Under the pieces are notes generated by a model. The model made no database searches. It saw nothing but the letters and a program-made list of their open reading frames with translations, and was not told the DNA's origin. From positions 2,528,001 through 2,592,000 of the forward strand of contig OY764159.1 of the NCBI GenBank assembly GCA_963668175.1: a DNA stretch of 64,000 bases, given 5' to 3'. The position numbers and the translations under genes were made by a program. The DNA comes from Syntrophales bacterium. GTDB taxonomy: Bacteria; Desulfobacterota; Syntrophia; Syntrophales; PHBD01. Within the stretch, counting starts at the first letter, position 1. Each line of letters starts with the position of its first letter. Of the stretch, positions 60,115 to 64,000 are shown piece by piece.

Positions 60115-60696
60115 CTACGGCTGCGAATCGTCCGCCCGGGTGTTCATCCGGCGCTCGTCGAGCAGCTGCTTCAGCAGCTTGACCTGCTCCTCCTGGATGG
60201 CGAGAAGCTCACGCCATTGCTCTTCCCTGAGCATATCCACTTTTTCGTGAAGCCCCATGATCTCCAACTCCGCCTTCAGGTTGACCTCGTAGTCGTGCTC
60301 CGCGGAGAGCCGGTCCTTGAAGGCCTGCCGGTTCTGGGACATCATGATGATCGGCGCCTGGATGGCCGCCAGCATCGACAGGACCAGGTTGAGGAGGATG
60401 TAAGGATAGGGGTCGAACGAGCTTCCGAGCCTGACCAGGATCAGCGAATTCAGGATGATCCAGGATACCATGACGCCCCCAAAGATGCCGATGAAGGTCC
60501 AGGAGCCGCCGAAGGAAGCGACGGCGTCGGCCGTCTTCTGGCCGAGGGTCAGGCGCTCGGGCAGGACCCGGTTGACGTTTTCGGAGATGGGGGTCCTGTG
60601 CGTGATATGGTGGGCTACGTGCTTCTGCTGATCCGTCAGGGTATCGAACTTGGAGCGGAAGAGCTTCTCCGCCTTTTCGCGGGCCTTCTGATCCAC
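60115..60696 (-). CDS. DUF1003 domain membrane protein
   Basis: FGGSWTFI, FDPYPYILLNL.LS, QAPIIMMSQNRQ, DYEVNLKAELEI. Confidence 0.93.
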   Translation of the reverse strand: MDQKAREKAEKLFRSKFDTLTDQQKHVAHHITHRTPISENVNRVLPERLTLGQKTADAVASFGGSWTFIGIFGGVMVSWIILNSLILVRLGSSFDPYPYILLNLVLSMLAAIQAPIIMMSQNRQAFKDRLSAEHDYEVNLKAELEIMGLHEKVDMLREEQWRELLAIQEEQVKLLKQLLDERRMNTRADDSQP

Positions 60697-61004
60697 GGTG
60701 CCGTCCTCCTTGCTGTCGGCATTGCCGGGGCCGCCGTTTCACTCGCGACCGTTACGGAATGCCTTCTTCCTGGAACCAGTCTATCACAGTGTCCGCGGCT
60801 TTGTCACCCCCGCCGTACGGTTCCGGTCCGCAAAGGATTCCGCACTATCCGCCGGGAAATCAATGCCGGGGCTGGTTCCTCCTGCAGATTTACGGATATG
60901 CCCGGCAACCGGACTTCCGGACCGAACCGAGACGGCAGACGCATCCCGCCCATAACGCGATGCGGCAGACGGCCGATGCAGCCGCGATCCCGGGCGGCCG
61001 GACG

Positions 61005-61301
61005 TTACGCCTTGGGCGTTTCGGGGCTCAACCTTTTCTTCAGCTTGGCCGAGGATTTGAAGGTGACGACTTTCCTGGCCCCGATGGCGATGGATTCGAG
61101 CGTCTTTAAGTTCCGGCCCGTTTTCGCCCTCCGGGTGCGGACGGACCATTTACCGAAGCCCGAGATGAGGACAATGTTGCCCTGGACCAGTTCGTCCTTG
61201 ATGGTTTCAAGAAGGCTTTCCAGGATGGCCGAACATTTTTCCTTGGGAAGGCCGACTTCCGTGTTGATCGTTTCGATAAGGTCTTTCTTTGTCAGCGCCA
61301 T
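61005..61301 (-). CDS. Second IHF-alpha-like protein (divergent arm)
   Basis: MALTKKDL, ISGFGKW, GRNLKTL, ARKVVTFK. Confidence 0.85.
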   Translation of the reverse strand: MALTKKDLIETINTEVGLPKEKCSAILESLLETIKDELVQGNIVLISGFGKWSVRTRRAKTGRNLKTLESIAIGARKVVTFKSSAKLKKRLSPETPKA

Positions 61302-61637
61302 GATCGTTTTCCTTGAATGAATGGTTTGTTGTACGGGGAAACCGCCGCCTCCCGCCCATGTCCCTGCGGACAGCGTCCGCGATCGCAGATACCGCGCCGG
61401 GAAAGGCCTCATCGTGTCGATGTCATGCCGGGTTCGGCGTCTTCCATGAGGGAATCTTTCTGTCTGAAACGGCCGGGAATGACCCCGGCGGGAATTCCGA
61501 AAAAAGAGAGAGACGGCGCGCGATTCGGTGCAGGCGGCGTTCCCTCCGGTTATTGTTTCTTGAAGCTGCGGCATCGGCCCGCATCCTTCGATGAGGCGTC
61601 CGCGTCGCTCAATACTTTCGGGTTGCCGGTTAGTGAT

Positions 61638-61967
61638 TTACGAGAAAGAGGGGGGTGCTCGTTTGCGGGATACGCGGCGATTGGTGAAGTCTGCCTGCCT
61701 TTTGATCTCGTCCGGGCAAGCGCGTATAAAGAAAGGCTGCCGGCCGTAAGCGGCGGCATCGTGCGATATGCCCTGGTGGCACACGGTCTTGGGGCTGTGT
61801 TCCCCGCCGTCGTCTTCCTGTCCGCCGCTGCTCTGCATGACGGCGACGCCGATGTTCATGGGACGCCAGAAATCAGGAACGTCGTCCATCCCTGCGATCA
61901 GGCACAGAAACAGGATAGCGACGCATAAGAACCCTTTACGGAAAACGGCGCTTTTCAGGCTAAACAT
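61638..61967 (-). CDS. Small exported hypothetical protein with C-terminal RAPP motif
   Basis: Hydrophobic N-terminal segment, ends KRAPPSFS*; AGGGG SD. Confidence 0.55.
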   Translation of the reverse strand: MFSLKSAVFRKGFLCVAILFLCLIAGMDDVPDFWRPMNIGVAVMQSSGGQEDDGGEHSPKTVCHQGISHDAAAYGRQPFFIRACPDEIKRQADFTNRRVSRKRAPPSFS

Positions 61968-62168
61968 AAAGACGGTGTAACCCCTTTGGAACCTTAAACT
62001 TGTGTAACTTCCTATAACGCAGTCCGTGGGGCGTGTCAACGGATTTGTGTTCCTTCCTTTCCTCCATGCGGCGGTTCAAAACGGGTAAGGCGGAGACGTT
62101 GGGAGGTGCCGCCTGTTTCGTCGATGCCGCAAACCGGAACGACCGGCCCCGCCGTAAGTCCGGACCGG

Positions 62169-63587
62169 CTAGAGCCAGATGAATTTATTCTGTCCCGTGG
62201 CGCATTCGCTGCACATCCTGACGGGCGCAGGGTATCCGTAATTGGGCGCCTTGGCGCGTACCTGGCTGCAAGTGTCGCAGAAGATCCTCCCACAGACACG
62301 GCAGTGATGGCGCCTTGTCACGATCCCGAAGGTTGTCTTGCATTTATGGCAGGCCTTGGCGGCTTCATCCGGCACCCAGTGGGGGTTGTCGATCTCTTTC
62401 GAGCTTTTGACGGCCTGGGCCGGGGGGATTTTGACCGGCCCGGCGATATGGACCCACGGGACGGTGCCCGGCAGGAAGCAGGTGTTGAACTCCGTCATGC
62501 TCATGCCCGTCGTGCCGCCGTGGGCGTGGAACGACTGGACGAACCCCCGCGTTTCCGGCTGATGCGCGAAGGCGATATAATTCAGGGCGGGATAACCCGT
62601 CTTGGGATCGACGTTCTTCTGCACCTGCGTGATGAAGGCGTGGTTGCTTCCCCCGCCGCCGTCGCAGTTGAAGACGTAACCGTCGGGCATGGCCACGACC
62701 GATTCGCTCTTGATGCTCATGCCCGCCGACGGGACGAGATGGATCTGGACCCTCGGCTGCCCGACCGCCGGCGGGGAACGCCACAGCCGCCGCATGGCGT
62801 GATCGAGGCAGACCTCCATCCCGAAACGGATGCCGTCGACGGAGAACATGCCCAGCCCCTCGTAGCGCAGGCGCTGCGCCTCCTTTCCGCTGCCGCGGTT
62901 AAGGTTGCCTCCCTTGCCGGCCTTCAGGTGTTCGACGTCTTCGTGCATGAGCTTGTCGCCCACCTTGTCCCGCGGCTCGATCAGGATCTCCGTCACCTTG
63001 CCGGTATTGTCCTTGTTTTCCGAGCTTTTGCTCAGGAAGTCGATGCCGGACTTGAACTCCTTCATGACGATGCACGATCCGGACTCGCCCGTGTTGCCCT
63101 TCTGCACGACGACGATGTTGTAAACTTCAAGGCCGCGGTCGCGGGCGATGGACGGTCCCTGCGGGCGGTCCATGGCGTGCTTCTCGGAGGATGCGATGCA
63201 GCTCCCGAAGACGAAGAGCCAGTCCTTGAAAATGCTTGGGCTGACGAAGCTCCTAAGGCGCTCGACGATATTCAAGTAGGTTTCGAGGGAGTATGCGCCC
63301 TTCGTGCCGCGGAAGTAGAACTCGGGCGCCATGAAGAGCTTGAGGCAGTTGGCGCTCTTCTGGACGGCCAGCGATTCGTAGGCTCGGCGGATGGCGTCTT
63401 CCATGAGGGAACAGCGAAGCTGGATGTCCTTATCGTCGTCGGCGATGCCCGTGTATTGCTGCAGGCGCTCGTAGACGGGAAGGAGGGTGTTTAAGTCCGC
63501 GATTTCGAAGCCCTTGAGCGCACCCTTCACCTGCTTCGGAAACGTATCCAGCCTGTAGGCGATGAATTGGATATTTTGGTAGGCCAT
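62169..63587 (-). CDS. Nitrilase/CN-hydrolase-like protein fused to a C-terminal FYVE zinc finger
   Basis: APEFYF, KEFKS, EVCLDH putative E-K-C triad; WVPD...CHKC...RRHHCRVC...CDTC...RMCSEC; GGAGG SD. Confidence 0.9.
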   Translation of the reverse strand: MAYQNIQFIAYRLDTFPKQVKGALKGFEIADLNTLLPVYERLQQYTGIADDDKDIQLRCSLMEDAIRRAYESLAVQKSANCLKLFMAPEFYFRGTKGAYSLETYLNIVERLRSFVSPSIFKDWLFVFGSCIASSEKHAMDRPQGPSIARDRGLEVYNIVVVQKGNTGESGSCIVMKEFKSGIDFLSKSSENKDNTGKVTEILIEPRDKVGDKLMHEDVEHLKAGKGGNLNRGSGKEAQRLRYEGLGMFSVDGIRFGMEVCLDHAMRRLWRSPPAVGQPRVQIHLVPSAGMSIKSESVVAMPDGYVFNCDGGGGSNHAFITQVQKNVDPKTGYPALNYIAFAHQPETRGFVQSFHAHGGTTGMSMTEFNTCFLPGTVPWVHIAGPVKIPPAQAVKSSKEIDNPHWVPDEAAKACHKCKTTFGIVTRRHHCRVCGRIFCDTCSQVRAKAPNYGYPAPVRMCSECATGQNKFIWL

Positions 63588-63767
63588 GGTATCCTCCGGA
63601 AACGGTTTTTCGTGCGGGACCCGCCGCCGGCGTTGCGGCCCGGGGCCGGGAAAGGGAGTCGGCGCGTAACGTCCTGCCGTTATTCGTTAAAAACGGTACA
63701 AGTATAAGGCAAGGCCGTCACGGCTGTCAAAGGAAATCTTGCAGCGTTGCCGGCGGCCGGCCACCGG

Positions 63768-64000
63768 TTACGCCTTCCGGACGAGGTCGATGACGGCGAT
63801 TTCCGGCGGGGCCAGGATGCGTACTGGCGGCCCCCACGTCCCCGCGCCCCGGCTGACGTAGAGGTGCGACCGGGGCGGAAGCGCGAAATAGCCGGCATTG
63901 AACGGGTAGACCAGGCGGGTGACCAGGCCGAAGGGGAAAAGCTGTCCCTTGTGGGTATGGCCGGAAAGCTGGAGGTCGAAAAGACCCTCTGCGCCCCGCT
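63768..64000 (-). CDS. Metallophosphoesterase (YkuE-like), partial C-terminus
   Basis: Manual translation: FDLQLSGHTHKGQLFPF...LYVSRGAGTWGPPVRILAPPEIAVIDL. Confidence 0.92.
   Translation of the reverse strand, partial: RGAEGLFDLQLSGHTHKGQLFPFGLVTRLVYPFNAGYFALPPRSHLYVSRGAGTWGPPVRILAPPEIAVIDLVRKA

Noticed and set aside
62169..63587. Eukaryotic contamination explaining the FYVE gene
   Set aside because: Single uninterrupted ORF with a bacterial SD, GC3-rich codons like its neighbours and bacterial genes on both sides. Read-level confirmation is still advisable.

Overview
GC-rich bacterial chromosomal window from an anaerobe. The gene content suggests Desulfobacterota, possibly Syntrophales-like (inference). 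Left part: a >862-aa membrane protein running off the left edge and absent from the ORF track, dapF, a cooC-FNOR-cooF-cooS CO dehydrogenase operon with a CxxC-type D-cluster, HU and a CarF/TMEM189-like desaturase. Next is a tungsten-related cluster: ThiF, MoaD, aldehyde:ferredoxin oxidoreductase, and a divergent operon of a TiaS-like protein, a small ORF, a single-subunit MoSto-like protein and TupA. Between tupA and a convergent chemoreceptor lies about 16 kb of accessory genes punctuated by four displaced copies of the tupA 3' end. Two other genes show the same displaced-tail signature, so the region looks like a serial gene-accretion hotspot with no integrase in view. The right half is a mosaic of small accessory genes (PHB depolymerase, DUF3141, cytochrome P460, secreted hypotheticals, a sensor kinase, two IHF-like genes). 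It ends with the most striking gene: a bacterial nitrilase-fold protein fused to a complete eukaryote-type FYVE (PI3P-binding) zinc finger. Three copies of a MITE-like repeat and several sigma-54 promoters are present. No rRNA, tRNA, CRISPR array, integrase or transposase was seen. All family calls come from motif recognition by eye, not database searches.
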